NCBI GenBank assembly: GCA_030704615.1
Contig: CM060732.1
Location: 24,986,001-25,050,000 of the forward strand
Reading direction: 5' to 3'
From: Takakia lepidozioides
Lineage: Eukaryota > Plantae > Bryophyta
Length of the DNA stretch: 64,000 bases
This document shows, one piece after another, positions 11,413-23,701 of this stretch (within the stretch, counting starts at the first letter, position 1; each line of letters opens with the position of its first letter). A model generated the notes under the pieces. The model ran no database searches. It saw only the letters and a program-made list of their open reading frames with translations, and was not told the DNA's origin. The translations under genes and the position numbers were made by a program.

Positions 11413-14400
11413 TCACAGCTGGAGAGCTAAACTGGGCTGTTCAGAATCGGCCACATTGGGTGTTGGAGCTCGTGACTCAACAGGCTGCAAATTCAAGTCT
11501 GGGGGCCCATGAGAGAGCAAACTTTGCTGCTGCTGAAGAGAAGAGGAAGCATTTGTCGTTGGGCGTGCCTGCGAAGGGGAAGTATGGGAGAGACCACCCA
11601 TCTGTAGCTGCAGCGGCTGTGGCGCAAGCAGTGCGGGTACCCCAGACTCCTGTTTGTCGTGCTGGGAGAGTGCTTGGGAGGACGACAGAGCAGATATCAA
11701 CACTGAAGAAGGTTTGGCTAAGGGGCGACTGGTGCTTGAATGCAAGTCGTAAGATGAGGGATTTGGGTACATTTGTGGTTGCCAAAACTGAGGAAGTCCT
11801 GGTGTCTGGGGCCCATGTGGGTACATCTGCATGTTAGGCTGCATAGAGGATGGCAGTTTTGTCTTGGTGTTGGATTCAGCCTGCACTGAACCTAAAGGGT
11901 GGGCTTGAGCGTTGCTGGCCTCGTCATGCCTGACTATTTTACCAAAGGCTGATGGAACTGCTGGCATAGCTGTACTGTACACAAAACTGGGGGCCCCTTG
12001 CGGTTGACTTGTCCACCTGGAACCCCCTTGAAAGCTGACCGCAGCCAATGCTTGGTTTTGGCTGGTTGCTGATTCGGAGACCCACACAGATTGCCCCCCT
12101 GCTGCACTCAATCCTTGTTTTGAACTCGCCGCAGATGGGCCCCGGCTGTCATCTCCAGTAGCACTTCTAACCTGGGGGCCCTGCCTAACATCAACAGTTG
12201 AATGTGGTGTTACATCAGGCTTTGACTCCTCCTTCATCAAGTTAGAAGTGCTAACCATCAGGGGCTTCCCCAGTGATACAGGCTGCGACAATGACCCAGA
12301 AGCAAGCACTGCACTGGTGACAGTTGTCAACAGAGAGTCCATTGAAGTCTGAGCCATACTTCTCATCGTAGGGGCCCTAACTACAGTGGGAGAGGTCCTT
12401 AAAGAGCTGTGAGGGACCGTCCCAACTCCAGTGGGATTGTTTGAGGATGTAGAGACTGCTTTGTAACCAACTGGAGCCGGTTTCATCACCTTCACTTCAG
12501 CAGCGCTAAAGGATCCAGGAGGTCGCTCAGGAAGGTTTCGTGGCCTGAAAACAGTGCCAGGGGGTGCTTCCAGCTCACCTATCCACCCAGGCCCAAAAGC
12601 CACCGAGGCAGGAAGGACTCTCTGCATTTTTTTGGCAGCAAATTTCCATGCTTTGAAACCCAAATTTGCTGTGAAACGAGACAAGCTTCTTGCATAAGTA
12701 TGCTCCACCTGATAACCCGTCTGCGACAACAAAATCAAACACATTGATCCCAGCCTTCAACTCTAACTACCCAAATTTCCTCACCATAGGGATTCCACCA
12801 AAACACAATGACAGCGGATTGTCAAAAAAGAGCTTCTTCAACTAGAAGCCACAAAGCCAACATCCCTTCCAAACCTGGCAAGCTGAGATCTTTCTGAGCC
12901 AGATGGAAAAAAACTTCTGAAATCACTGGTGGGTAGTGACCGCAACAGCAATCTTGAAGGGAACAGTGCTAAAAGCTCCATGTGCACAGAGAGAGAGATG
13001 CACTCACTACAGTTGCTTACTGTATCCTTCTGATCACGAACCCTGTGTCTGGCACGCAAAGGGTGGGAGAGGAAGGGAAGGGAAGGGGAAGGCGGCAGAG
13101 AAAGAAAGAGAAGGGACAGACAGGGGGGACACCCCAATGACCACAACAAGAAAGCTCTTGCCTAAGACATGCCCTGCTATCACCAGTGCTACCTGCAGCA
13201 TCACTTCAGAGATAAATGACTGCGTACCACGCATGAAATACATATTGGAGCCTACTGGAGGTTCAAGCTTACCGGCACCAGGTGATGCAGTTCTCCACCG
13301 ACTCCAGAAAGAGGTGGGCCACGACCATGGGCTGGAAGATTACGTGGCTTGTATGAGCTCCTGTGGTACTCCTCTGTTGACAGTGGTCTTCGCCCATCCT
13401 TTAGAGCTGGCTTGAGCACTGCCCCTGCCACAGGAGGATCTTCCATGATGTCAATGCAGACTGCTTTGCGTCAGGAATAGTAATGCAGACTGAAGATGAG
13501 AATCAACTTTTTGACGACACACATGTCGATGTTACAAATGTGAAAGCATTGCAGTAATGGAGTCCAGTATCGACAGTGCTATAATTCATACCGGTTCATT
13601 CACATGACGATAATCTTACAAACTCACCAGATTCCTCTCGCGCGTCAGTGTAAATGGTTTCCCATTCCAAAAGACTGTTGCCATGAGATTGCACAGCCCA
13701 GCCCGCTTCGGTCTCCTCACCAACACTTCCAGACCTGTCTGAAGCAGCTCCTTTCTTGCCACAGCCAGCTTCAGCTTTATTTGACCAAGCTGCTTCATCA
13801 CCATCTGTGGCTAAAGTGGCACCTGAGGCATAATCTGAATTGGCAGGATCAAGCGAGGCTTTACCCACAGCAGAAGTTTTCAAGGATTTTTTAGCATTGT
13901 GGGGTTTCTTTTTATTTGATGAAGTTTTGCCACCATCAGCCCCTCCTGTCTGTGATGCCACTACATCCAAGGCCTTGCGGGCTGCATCCTGTATGGACTT
14001 TGCCTGTACAAATTCCATTGGTCACAAACAAGTAGGGCACCTTGACTAGACCAAGAAAATGTACAAACAGAAAGGTTTGCAAAATCACATCAGCTCTTTG
14101 GAAAGGTCACGGCTATTACAAAATGTACTTGACAGCTACAATCAGTTGTATTGACACTACAACAAAAAGCAAGGTACACCTATTTCTGACACATGACCTA
14201 ACCACTAAGGAAGGAACAATCACCCCAGGTACATTGTTATAAAACAAGGTAGGAATCTGGGCCATGAATGATTGAAGATGGGCCAAGAGCAGAAAGTGGC
14301 CTCGAGAGGAAAAAGACACCCACCTGCTTATAGTAGATGGTCTCCGGGCCATTGTAACGCATAGCATTGCTACAGATGAGCATGATGTCCTTCTGCACAG

Positions 14401-17102
14401 ACCAGCTTTGAAGAGCATACATAAATTCTACCGTTCATTACTCCTTTATTAGGAAGGCAGGACAACCACAAACTGCAAGACAACCTTGCTACACTCTCAC
14501 ACAGGCATACCCAGCCACAAACACAATTGTGAAACCTAGACAGAGGCCTAGCAAAGGAAACTACTATTTTGAGACTACAACTCCATCACAAAACAGCTAA
14601 CAAATCAAGTAACAACCTTGTATCACCAGTGCGCAACAGGAGAAAAGCCCCTTACCTCAAACAGATGCAATGCCGTGTATATTCCCTTGCTTATCTTCTT
14701 GTACATTGTGCCAAAATCCATTGGCTCTTTGATGACATCATAGTAATCTGGAACCTATCATACAGCCATCCCAACGCTGCGTCAAACAATCAGAGAGGAG
14801 ATATTTGACTGTAACCATGCAGTGCCACTTTGTGCCATCTAATTAAATCTTCAGCAGTGCCACCTCTAGTGTACTCATTGAGATCCATTTCAAGAAAATA
14901 ACAGCAACCTCTGAGTCACAAAGCCTTGCCAGTCCAAATGAAACCAGGGCAAAACTCTCAACTCTTGCAGCTGTGATCACACCACAGCCCTACCAGTTTC
15001 AGTACTATTTCCTGTTACCATCTCTACAACCAGATCCTGTCATCAATCAATCAACTGGTAACAGGCCCACTCATGCATCACCGCACAAAGAAGCGATGGC
15101 CACAAGTATTTACTTCCATTGAAATGTCAGAACCAACATGTTCTCGCCTTGTGGGTAGGGAAAGGAAGACGTACGAGGCGAGAGTCAACAGGTTCAGAAA
15201 ACACTCCATACGTGTCCTTTCTGATATTGCAATCCAAACACCCGTAGTAAGGAATACAACTCTCAGACACATTCACAACTACCTCAGAAGGAATCAATCA
15301 AGCAGGACAAGATTTGCTCAGATTATTCTCTGGACGTCAGGTCAAGAAGGAGCAGACACATTTTGAGATGAGGAATGTACTCATAAAACAGATGAGGATC
15401 ATCAACAAAGGCTAGCTGCAACAAAAAGGATGTCTGCCACAAGAGACTTACTTTTTCAACTTGTCAAGAACACCTTCAAGCACCTTTTTTGGAGGTGGTG
15501 TCGTGGCAACTTGAACATGCCCAGATGGCACTGTGGACAATCCAACAAAAAAATGAATTTGCTCCTACGTTTATCTGGAACATAAAGATATGTGATGAGT
15601 ACATGGATTGGCACTGTAACTTCTAGAAGAGATGGCCGGGCTGACCTGGTGCAGGATCATATATAGGTGGTGCTGCCTCCCCATTAGCAACTTTCTTCTC
15701 CTTCTGACAGAACCCACCAACACAAACAGGATCATCTCTGAACGCAGTGACACAAAGATACCATATGAAGGTGAGTTCAGTACACATATTATAACCTCAA
15801 CAGCCACATATGAACCTTTGCAAGCGGCAGAGGATGACACACATCAAAACCCTCCAATGCAATTCTCTCAGCCGTCTACAGTTTCTACATGAAGGAAACA
15901 CTTGATTGTGGAAGTCAGAATGGAGATCAAGAAACCTCAACAAGAACCCACCCATCAATGTGACAAGTCATTTCCCAAAGTTATTTGCAGAGACAACATT
16001 CCACATGGATGTGGAAACCATGGAAAAATCCAGTATGCTTGATGTAGTTATGCAAACACTTAGATTGCATCTGGGAGACCCATGGAATGCTCGGAATGCA
16101 CACTTTCTCATATTGTCCAAAGTAAAATTGTAAGAGAAATTCTAGAAACAGCCTTCAAATGCTATCATGCTGCAGTACAAATAGTTATGTTTCAGATATC
16201 CGGGTGAGTGAGATCATAACTACATAAAAACCCTAATCAGATCACTTCAATGACTGAAAGAGCTGAAACTTTCACCATAAGGGCCACATACTGTCTCCAG
16301 CAGAATTCCGAGAAAATATTGTGGCTCAATAAAACTGAATACAAGCCTATCAGATTCCCCACCTATCAAGCTAGGAGAAATTTCAAACATACCCACCTGA
16401 ATCATTGAAGAAATTCTCCACCAACAATAGAATGTCCTAATTTCTGGAAGGAATATGTTTTCAGGGCAAGGGAGCAATGCCATGTAACCCTAGTCATGTG
16501 GCAAAGATGCGCAGTCCGGAAACAGGCTTTGCTATCATTCAACAACAAGGCTGACTAAAAATATGGCAGTAAGTCACATGCCCTAAGATGACTTGAAACA
16601 TAAAAACCGGCCTTGACGAAGGCCAACAGTTGACAGATAGAGTGTCTGCCACAACATACCAATTCCCATGATGAATCTCCCGCTGTCCTCTCGTAAATCC
16701 AAAACGACAAAACGCAAATCCCAAACTCACCTCATGAGAAGCCTTCTTAGCGAGCGGGGGCAGAGGGGCTCTAACCCTAAGTGGCACAGAGGGCGGGGTT
16801 GCAGCGGCTGTTGTGGCAGGCGACGGCACCTCATGCTTTACCGGTCCAGAGAGGGATTCACTCTCCAGGGCCTTGTACTTGCGCTTCTTTGGGGGAGTTG
16901 CCAGGCGATTGCTTCCAGATCCTGCAACAGCAGCAGCAGCCACATTGTACGATGACCCTGCTGCTGCCTTCTGCTGCATAGCAGCTCCAGGACTTGGTGG
17001 GACCTGTACATGTTGCGATGCCAGAGACGATGATAAGGGCGGTCGGGAAGCAGGCCTGGGCAACTTGAGGATAACCTTGAGCTTCTTGTCCTTGTCCGCC
17101 AT
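11413..17102 (-). CDS. Bromodomain-containing protein (plant BRD7/9-like type)
   Basis: Approximate exons: 17102-16731, 15703-15646, 15531-15451, 15220-15175, 14754-14657, 14392-14325, 14003-13629, 13455-13272, 12720-11413. The bromodomain is spread over small exons ([57 protein letters not shown]). C-terminal YARSLSRF...GPGWIGE and PDLNLQ motifs. Confidence 0.9.
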
Positions 17103-17634
17103 GTCCCCCCCCCCCCCCTTCCCCGACCTTTACCCTACTCTCTTTCTTTTTTTGTAATAATAATCTTCTCTTCGTCGCCCTCCTTCTTCCCAATATCATA
17201 GTCCCAAATATATTTTCAACGCAACCCTGGGTCAGTCCAGCCCGGTTAGGGTTTCTCCTCGGTTACCGACAACGAAACCCCCTCCTCCCGAACGAAATCC
17301 GTTTCCCGTGAAACGAAGTCCCGTGCTGAGGTTGACGAAGTAGTCTCCGACGTGGCGGACGAAATCCCCTTGAAATGGACTAAACCCTCGTCTTCTTCCT
17401 CTCGGAAGCCCCTCCCTCCCTTTTTCCCTTGTCGGGGCCTTGCATCATTCTGCCACAGATCGGGAAATGGTGGTGTCATGTGCTCTGCGGCAGCCCGTGT
17501 GGCCGCCATATATTTGCAGTGGAGATTGCAGAGGTTTGGAGTTTGGAATGAGGAAATTGGCTTGTAGGTCGCAGGGAGTGTTCCAGCCTGTGGCTCCACG
17601 TAAGTGCAAGTAGAAATGATGGAATCGTGTGTGC

Positions 17635-19899
17635 ATGCCATGTAGTTACAGTGGAGAGTGTCGAGGATTGGATGCGCGGATGGGGGAATTGTTTTGTAGG
17701 TTGCATGGAGTCTTCGTGCCTGTGGCTCCACGTAGAGTGCACGACAAAGTCGCGTCGAGAGTTTCCGTTAAGGATCAAGTGGCATCGTTTAATCAGAGCT
17801 CCTCCGTTGACATAGGAGATGTGAATGAAGTAAACCAGCTTCTTTCTAAACAGAGGCTGAAGTTACCGAATACCTGTGCTGTCCATGCAGATAATACATC
17901 GCCTGCTGATAATGATGATCTTTTTTATGAAGGCTTTCTTGCTTCTGACTCTGCTACAGCTGCACCTGATCCCTCTATCACGGCCTCCCGGAGCTCTCAA
18001 ACTCTTCACTCAGCTGCATCATCCACTCGCATGAATGCAGCTTCCAGTTCGAGTTCACATGTCAAGAGGGGCGCGACTTCTAGAGGAAATCTGGTGTTGT
18101 CGCATCAAGGCGAAGGTACCTTCACTAGGCCCGATTACCTCATTGACTTAGACGCAATCCTGAAAGATTTGCAAGTGACAGTGAGTGCGCAAGAAATGAT
18201 CCAGGTAATGGCAGAGTGGAAAGGAAAACTGTCGTTTAGGCTTATGATGTCTTTGTTAAACCAGGAAAGGGACTGGCAACGAGCGCTTGCGCTGCATGAT
18301 TGGATGCTTGAGGAGGGAGGCTACAGCCCATCAACGTTTGGCTACAACATTGTGATCAGGAATACCTTGAGGGCAAGGAGGTGGACGCTTGGAGAGGGTT
18401 TAGTGGGGGAGATGATAGAGAAGGGAGTCTCTCCTGACAAATACACCTACTCGTCACTCATCAGCTCATTTGGGAAAGCTGGAAAGTTTGATTCCGCCTT
18501 GATGTGGTTTCAGAAGATGGAAGAAAAGGGAATATTACCTGATCTGGTGACCTACAGCACTCTCATTGAACTGGCTGGGAAGGTGAAAAATTTCTCCAAG
18601 GCAGTCTCTTTATTCACTAGAATGAGGGCCTCTGGTATCCAGCCTGACCGCCTGGTGTTCAACTCCATGATCAACATGTTTGGAAAGGCAAAATTGTACA
18701 AAGAGGCGGAAAGCGTTTTAGCTGACATGAAAGAGTTGGAAATCGAGCCCGACACTGTAAGCTACAGTACTTTGATAAATGCGTTCACCGAAAATGAGAA
18801 ATGTGGGGAGGCCAAGGAAGTTTTCTTTGAGATGCAGGCCAAGGGGTGTGCCCCAGACCTCACGACTTGCAACATGATGATCGATGTCTATGGGAAGCTG
18901 GACTTGGTAATGGAGGCTGAAAATCTTCTGAGGAGCATGAAGGACTTGGGGGTATCCCCTAATGTGGTCACTTTCAATACTATGATTAATGTATATGGGG
19001 AGGCAGGGTTGATTTCTGAGGCAGTTCGTACATTCCATTTCATGCATAGCAGGGGTATCATGCCCAACGTCATTACTTACAACACCTTGATCAAGCTCCA
19101 TGGAAATTCGCATGATCTACAAAGAGTGTCAAACATGGTGCAACAAATGGAAAAGAATGGAATTGAACCGAATGCAATGACTTATAGCGCCCTCATTTCA
19201 ACCTACGGAAAAATGGGGAAGTATGACAAAGCTGCACTCCTCTTTCAAAGCTTGCGCGTGCAGGGCTTTCCTATGGATGAAATACTGTATCAGTCCATGG
19301 TGGTGGTATATGAAAAGGCAGGGTTGATTGGGCATGCCAAGCGTCTTCTTGAAGAACTAAAGCAGCCAGAAAATGTCTCCCGTGATATAGCCATCAATGT
19401 GTTAGCCATGGCTGGAAAGCTGGAGGAAGCTGCTAAAGTGTTTTGGCGAGCTCAAAAGGCTGGGGAAATTAAGGATCCATTAGTCTACAAAAACGTCATT
19501 CAGCTTTATGTTAGGGAAAATAAAGCAACTGCTGCTATCAAAGTGTCTGAAGCAATGAGGGGAGAGAACCTGTTACCAGACTCTGACACTTGTCTCATGG
19601 TGTTGGGGGCCTATGGTAAACTGCAGCGCGTGCGAGAGGCAGAGAGATTCTATCAGAATATCCAGGAAGAAGGGTTAGTTTTTGGGGAGGATGTTCACTG
19701 GAAGATGATGGAATTGCATGGGCATGCAGGTGAAATTAAAGCAGCAGAGGCCATATTTGCCAAGCTAAAAGTGGAAGGTGGGGTGGATGAGAAGGCTTTG
19801 TATCTGACAATGGTCCACGTGTATGAGGGAGCCAACAGACTCAACAATGCATCTCGGGTTCTTAAAGAGATGCAACAAAGACAGGCATTGTCTGTATAA
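17635..19899 (+). CDS. P-class pentatricopeptide repeat protein, plastid-type (similar to Arabidopsis At5g39980)
   Basis: Intronless ORF of about 755 aa with tandem 35-aa PPR motifs (e.g. PDKYTYSSLISSFGKAG, PDLVTYSTLIELAGK). The N-terminal LSFRLMMSLLNQERDWQRALAL resembles At5g39980 (from recall). The start codon is uncertain. Confidence 0.9.
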   Translation: MPCSYSGECRGLDARMGELFCRLHGVFVPVAPRRVHDKVASRVSVKDQVASFNQSSSVDIGDVNEVNQLLSKQRLKLPNTCAVHADNTSPADNDDLFYEGFLASDSATAAPDPSITASRSSQTLHSAASSTRMNAASSSSSHVKRGATSRGNLVLSHQGEGTFTRPDYLIDLDAILKDLQVTVSAQEMIQVMAEWKGKLSFRLMMSLLNQERDWQRALALHDWMLEEGGYSPSTFGYNIVIRNTLRARRWTLGEGLVGEMIEKGVSPDKYTYSSLISSFGKAGKFDSALMWFQKMEEKGILPDLVTYSTLIELAGKVKNFSKAVSLFTRMRASGIQPDRLVFNSMINMFGKAKLYKEAESVLADMKELEIEPDTVSYSTLINAFTENEKCGEAKEVFFEMQAKGCAPDLTTCNMMIDVYGKLDLVMEAENLLRSMKDLGVSPNVVTFNTMINVYGEAGLISEAVRTFHFMHSRGIMPNVITYNTLIKLHGNSHDLQRVSNMVQQMEKNGIEPNAMTYSALISTYGKMGKYDKAALLFQSLRVQGFPMDEILYQSMVVVYEKAGLIGHAKRLLEELKQPENVSRDIAINVLAMAGKLEEAAKVFWRAQKAGEIKDPLVYKNVIQLYVRENKATAAIKVSEAMRGENLLPDSDTCLMVLGAYGKLQRVREAERFYQNIQEEGLVFGEDVHWKMMELHGHAGEIKAAEAIFAKLKVEGGVDEKALYLTMVHVYEGANRLNNASRVLKEMQQRQALSV

Positions 19900-20881
19900 A
19901 GGTACAGGCTATATACCAGCATAAATCCAATAGATTCTTTCAGATGTATGGCTAGGGTACTGGAGAGAGAATGTACCCATAAAATGGCACACTTGCCATT
20001 ACACAGATGTTGAGTGATGTAGATTTCTCACAACTAAATCGAATGTGTCATGCCTGTTACATAAACATACAGTCCTAGTGGAACCTACTCGTCTCCTGAA
20101 GTCAGGTATTGGGCATCACTGTAGTAATGACTAATCTGATGGTGAGTGAAGAACGTTAGTTTCATTGGTTGCAGCTTTGATCCTCATTTGTGAGTGCTGG
20201 CAGCAGGCTGCCCTGCTGCCCTACCAATGATTCCTTTTCCTTGATCTACCTCGTCAGTGCAACTAATCTTGATCCAGCATATTGATCCATCCTCTAGGCC
20301 AGACCTTTCCACTTGCAGGATTGAGCTTCAAATGTGCCATACTAAACACCAGAGAGAGGCAAGGAGAGAAAGAGAAAGAGAGGAGTGGACCGAGATAATG
20401 TGTCTTTAGTCTTGTGAACTAACTCACCTTGGAGGAGATACTTCAATGCCTGACTGTCATATATATGTGCCCATGGATTAAAAACCAAGCTTCTAAATGG
20501 GCCTGTATCTTTGTCCTGTTGGTTTGTGACCGACCCAAAAGGAGTTCAGAACAGTGGATGTAAGTGACATCAAACTGTATGAGGACTGAACCCAAAAAAT
20601 CAACAAAGAACATAGGGCCATCCTCTGATATGGCCCGAATGCTCCTACATCTTCGCAAACAGTTTAGCACCACTACTTAGGCCAACCTTTCTTTCACAAT
20701 GTAAGTAGTTGTTGTGCATGCACCTTCGTGCGGTACATTCTAATGGTGATGCTTGAAATTATGAGAGCATAACTATCCTGTACCTTGCTGTATTTGAGGG
20801 GGAGGACACTAGAGCACTGGTGGGGGCTAGTTGCAAGGAAAGAGTGGACGAAAAAGTGCAAGATGTGCCCTACATTAAAGT

Positions 20882-21454
20882 GGAAGACAATAGGAATAAG
20901 GTAAGAACTTAATGGACGCATGTGATCTGACAGTACTTTCGGATTTCGGCAGCCTTGGGCTCCTCTGGCAGGGGCCCCTGTCAAATCCTCCCCACCCCCT
21001 CTTACCTCGGTTTCACTATTAAATACTTAAGAATCCAAGTGGGTTGCAAGCTGTGGTGGGTAGCATGGTGGTAAGGGGATATACCGTTGTAGGAGGCTGG
21101 GGTCGGAGTTCGATTCTTGATGAGAGGCACTTGTAGTGTAACCCGGTTTGGTGTAACCCCGGTAGTGTAACCCTCCAATCGGTGTAACCCTCTGTAACCC
21201 CGGTTTCTCATGTAACTCTGGTTAGTCCATTTTATACTTAACCAGGACTTAGTCAAATTTCGAGACCAGGTGTGAGTTACACCGAGAGGAGTTACTCACC
21301 TCGTCGTGTAACCCCGACTCGAGTTTACACTCCTTCAGTTCCATCTCACTCTCAAGAGAGGGTGGGGAAGATTTGAAATGCCGGAAACCGGCGAACGATC
21401 CTGTCAGAGGTTGCACGCATGCGTTAAGTTCTTACATTATTCCTATTATCTTCC
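20882..21454. mobile_element. Mutator-type MITE
   Basis: TIRs of about 31 bp, GGAAGA(C/T)AATAGGAATAA(G/T)GTAAGAACTTAA. The 9-bp flanks CATTAAAGT (20873-20881) and CATAAAAGT (21455-21463) match at 8/9. Internal GTGTAACCC repeats. Confidence 0.8.
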
Positions 21455-21975
21455 CATAAAAGTACATAAGATAAGAAAATAAAAATAATAAAAGCTAGCT
21501 AAAACATGGATTCACTTGCACTATACAATGTGGACCGTGTACTGTCCCTTCAAATGGGAGAGAGAAAGATGTTATGGAGGATCCAAACTTGGGTGTGATC
21601 CAAACTTGACTCTAATCAGAAAAGCACATCTTTTTAAAAATTTGGTGTTGGCCCCCGTTTCATCTACTTTAATGAAGAGAGTTCATGAGGTATTCTGGTT
21701 TTCATATTGTAGTGGACTTTATGAAAATGGTGTTACTAGGGGTAGTTTGATAAATTACATAAAATTCAATTTAATAAATAAAAATGTTGAAAAACGCTCA
21801 CATTAGATTCTTTAGCATAAGAGCAATGGAGGCTCAAGTCCCTTTATTCCGTCCTGTTGTGGACATGTCAACTTTTGGGCCAATGAGAATGTGGGGCTAA
21901 AGAGAACAATTTAGGCCAACTGGACTGCACCTTTTCTTAGGGATGAATATTATCTGTCCCATCTGTTCATGTACA

Positions 21976-23701
21976 CTAGGGTAGCTTGTGCCGTTGGCCC
22001 AAGTATCAAGTGTCATCTAAGCCCAAGTGCGTCTCCTATGTCGAGGCTCAAGTGCGACCTCTAGGGTAGTTTGTCGTTGGCCCAAGGGTCCAATGTCATC
22101 TAAGTCCAAATGCATTTTTTTTCCACAGAGCCTACGACCAGATTTGAACCGGAGACCTTTCCCTTGATATCTCCCCTCTCGAGGCTCCAACCTTGTCCCA
22201 GGAATTCCCACTTTGCTATTTTTCGGGAATTTCCGACGACCCAAAGTACTTGAAATTCCACATCTCCCACACTGCAGGTCCAAAAATCCTGAGACCAAGC
22301 CTGTGCACCTCTCCTCGTCGAGGGCTTCCAAATGGTACCAAGCACCAAGGCTGGGCCAGCGGTTTGGGACATCTCAAATCTACAAAACAAACAAAACAAA
22401 ACAAATGTCTCGCTTCATATATTGATAGGGTAGCCTATGTCATTGGCCCAAGTGTCCAGTGTCATCTAAGCCCAAGTGCAATCCCCTCTGCATCCAACTT
22501 TGGCGTCTCCTATGTACGTCTCCTATGTCGAGGCCCAAATGCAACCTCTAGGGTAGCCTTTGTCGTTGGCCCAAATGTCCAATGTCATCTAAGTAAGTGT
22601 TTTTTCCACAGAGCCTACGACCAGATTTGAACCGGAGACCTTTCTCTTGATATCTCTCCCCTCGAGGCTCCAACCATTGTCCCATGAATGCCCACTTTGC
22701 CATTTTTGCTATTTTTTGTGAATTTCCAGCGACCAAAAGTACTTGGAATTCCACATCTCCCACACTGCAGGTCCAAAAATCATGAGACCAATCCTGTGCA
22801 CCCCCCTCATCGAGGGCTTTCCAACGGTACCAAGCACTAGGGTTGGGACCTTGCGGTTCGAGACATCTCAACATGAAAAAAACAAAACAAAACAAAACAA
22901 AACAAATGGTTGTGCTGTTGGCCCAAGTGTCAAGTGTCATCTTCTAAGCCCAAGTGCAATCTCCTATGTATGCAAATGCGTCTCCTATGTCGAGGCCCAA
23001 GTGCGACCTCTAGGATAGCCTCTGCGTTGGCCCAAGGGTCCAATGTCATCTAAGTCCAAAAGCATTTTTTTTCCACAGAGCCTACGACTTCCCCTTGATA
23101 TCTCTCGTGTCGAGGCTCCAATCTTTGTCCAACGACCAAAAGTACTTGAAATTCGTTTTAGCCTTATCTCATCATTTTTTTAGCATATGTCGTTGGCCCA
23201 AGTGTCCAATGTCATCTAAGCCCAAGTGCATCAATATATGAACCAAGCCAATATTGTTTTTTTTTTTTCCCAGAGAGCCTATGACCAGATTTGAACCGGA
23301 GACCTTTCCCTTGATATCTTTCAATTCGAGGCTCCAATTATTGTCCAACGACCAAAAGTACTTGAAATTCGTTTTAGCCATATCTCATCATTTTTTTCCC
23401 ACAGAACCTACAACCAGATTTGAACCGGAGACCTTTCCCTTGATATCTCTCCTGTCAAGGCTCCAACCATTGTCCCAGGAATTCCCACAATCTCCTATGC
23501 ATTCAAGTGCGTCTCTTGTGTCTAGGCCCAAGTGTGACCTCCAAGGTAGCATGTGCCATTGGCCCAAGTATCTAGTGTCATTTAACCCAGGTGCAAGATC
23601 TCCTATGTATCCAAGTGCGTCTCCTATGTCAAGGCCCAAGTGCGACCTCTAGGGTAGCTGGTGCCGTTGGCCCAAGTGTCCACTGTCATCTAAGCCCAAG
23701 T
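21976..23701 (-). repeat. Second Helitron-end-like complex array, truncated by a CACTA insertion
   Basis: Same modules as 196-2210. It begins ACTAGGGTAGC (CTAG|T on the minus strand) and is cut mid-unit (TAAGCCCAAGT|CACTAC). Confidence 0.55.

Noticed and set aside
11319-11837. Antisense ORFs over the bromodomain, PPR, gag-pol and transposase genes
   Set aside because: Shadow ORFs of real coding sequence, with no independent motifs.
22120-22190. Functional tRNA gene
   Set aside because: No D-arm or anticodon arm can be folded. Only T-arm and acceptor-like parts are present.
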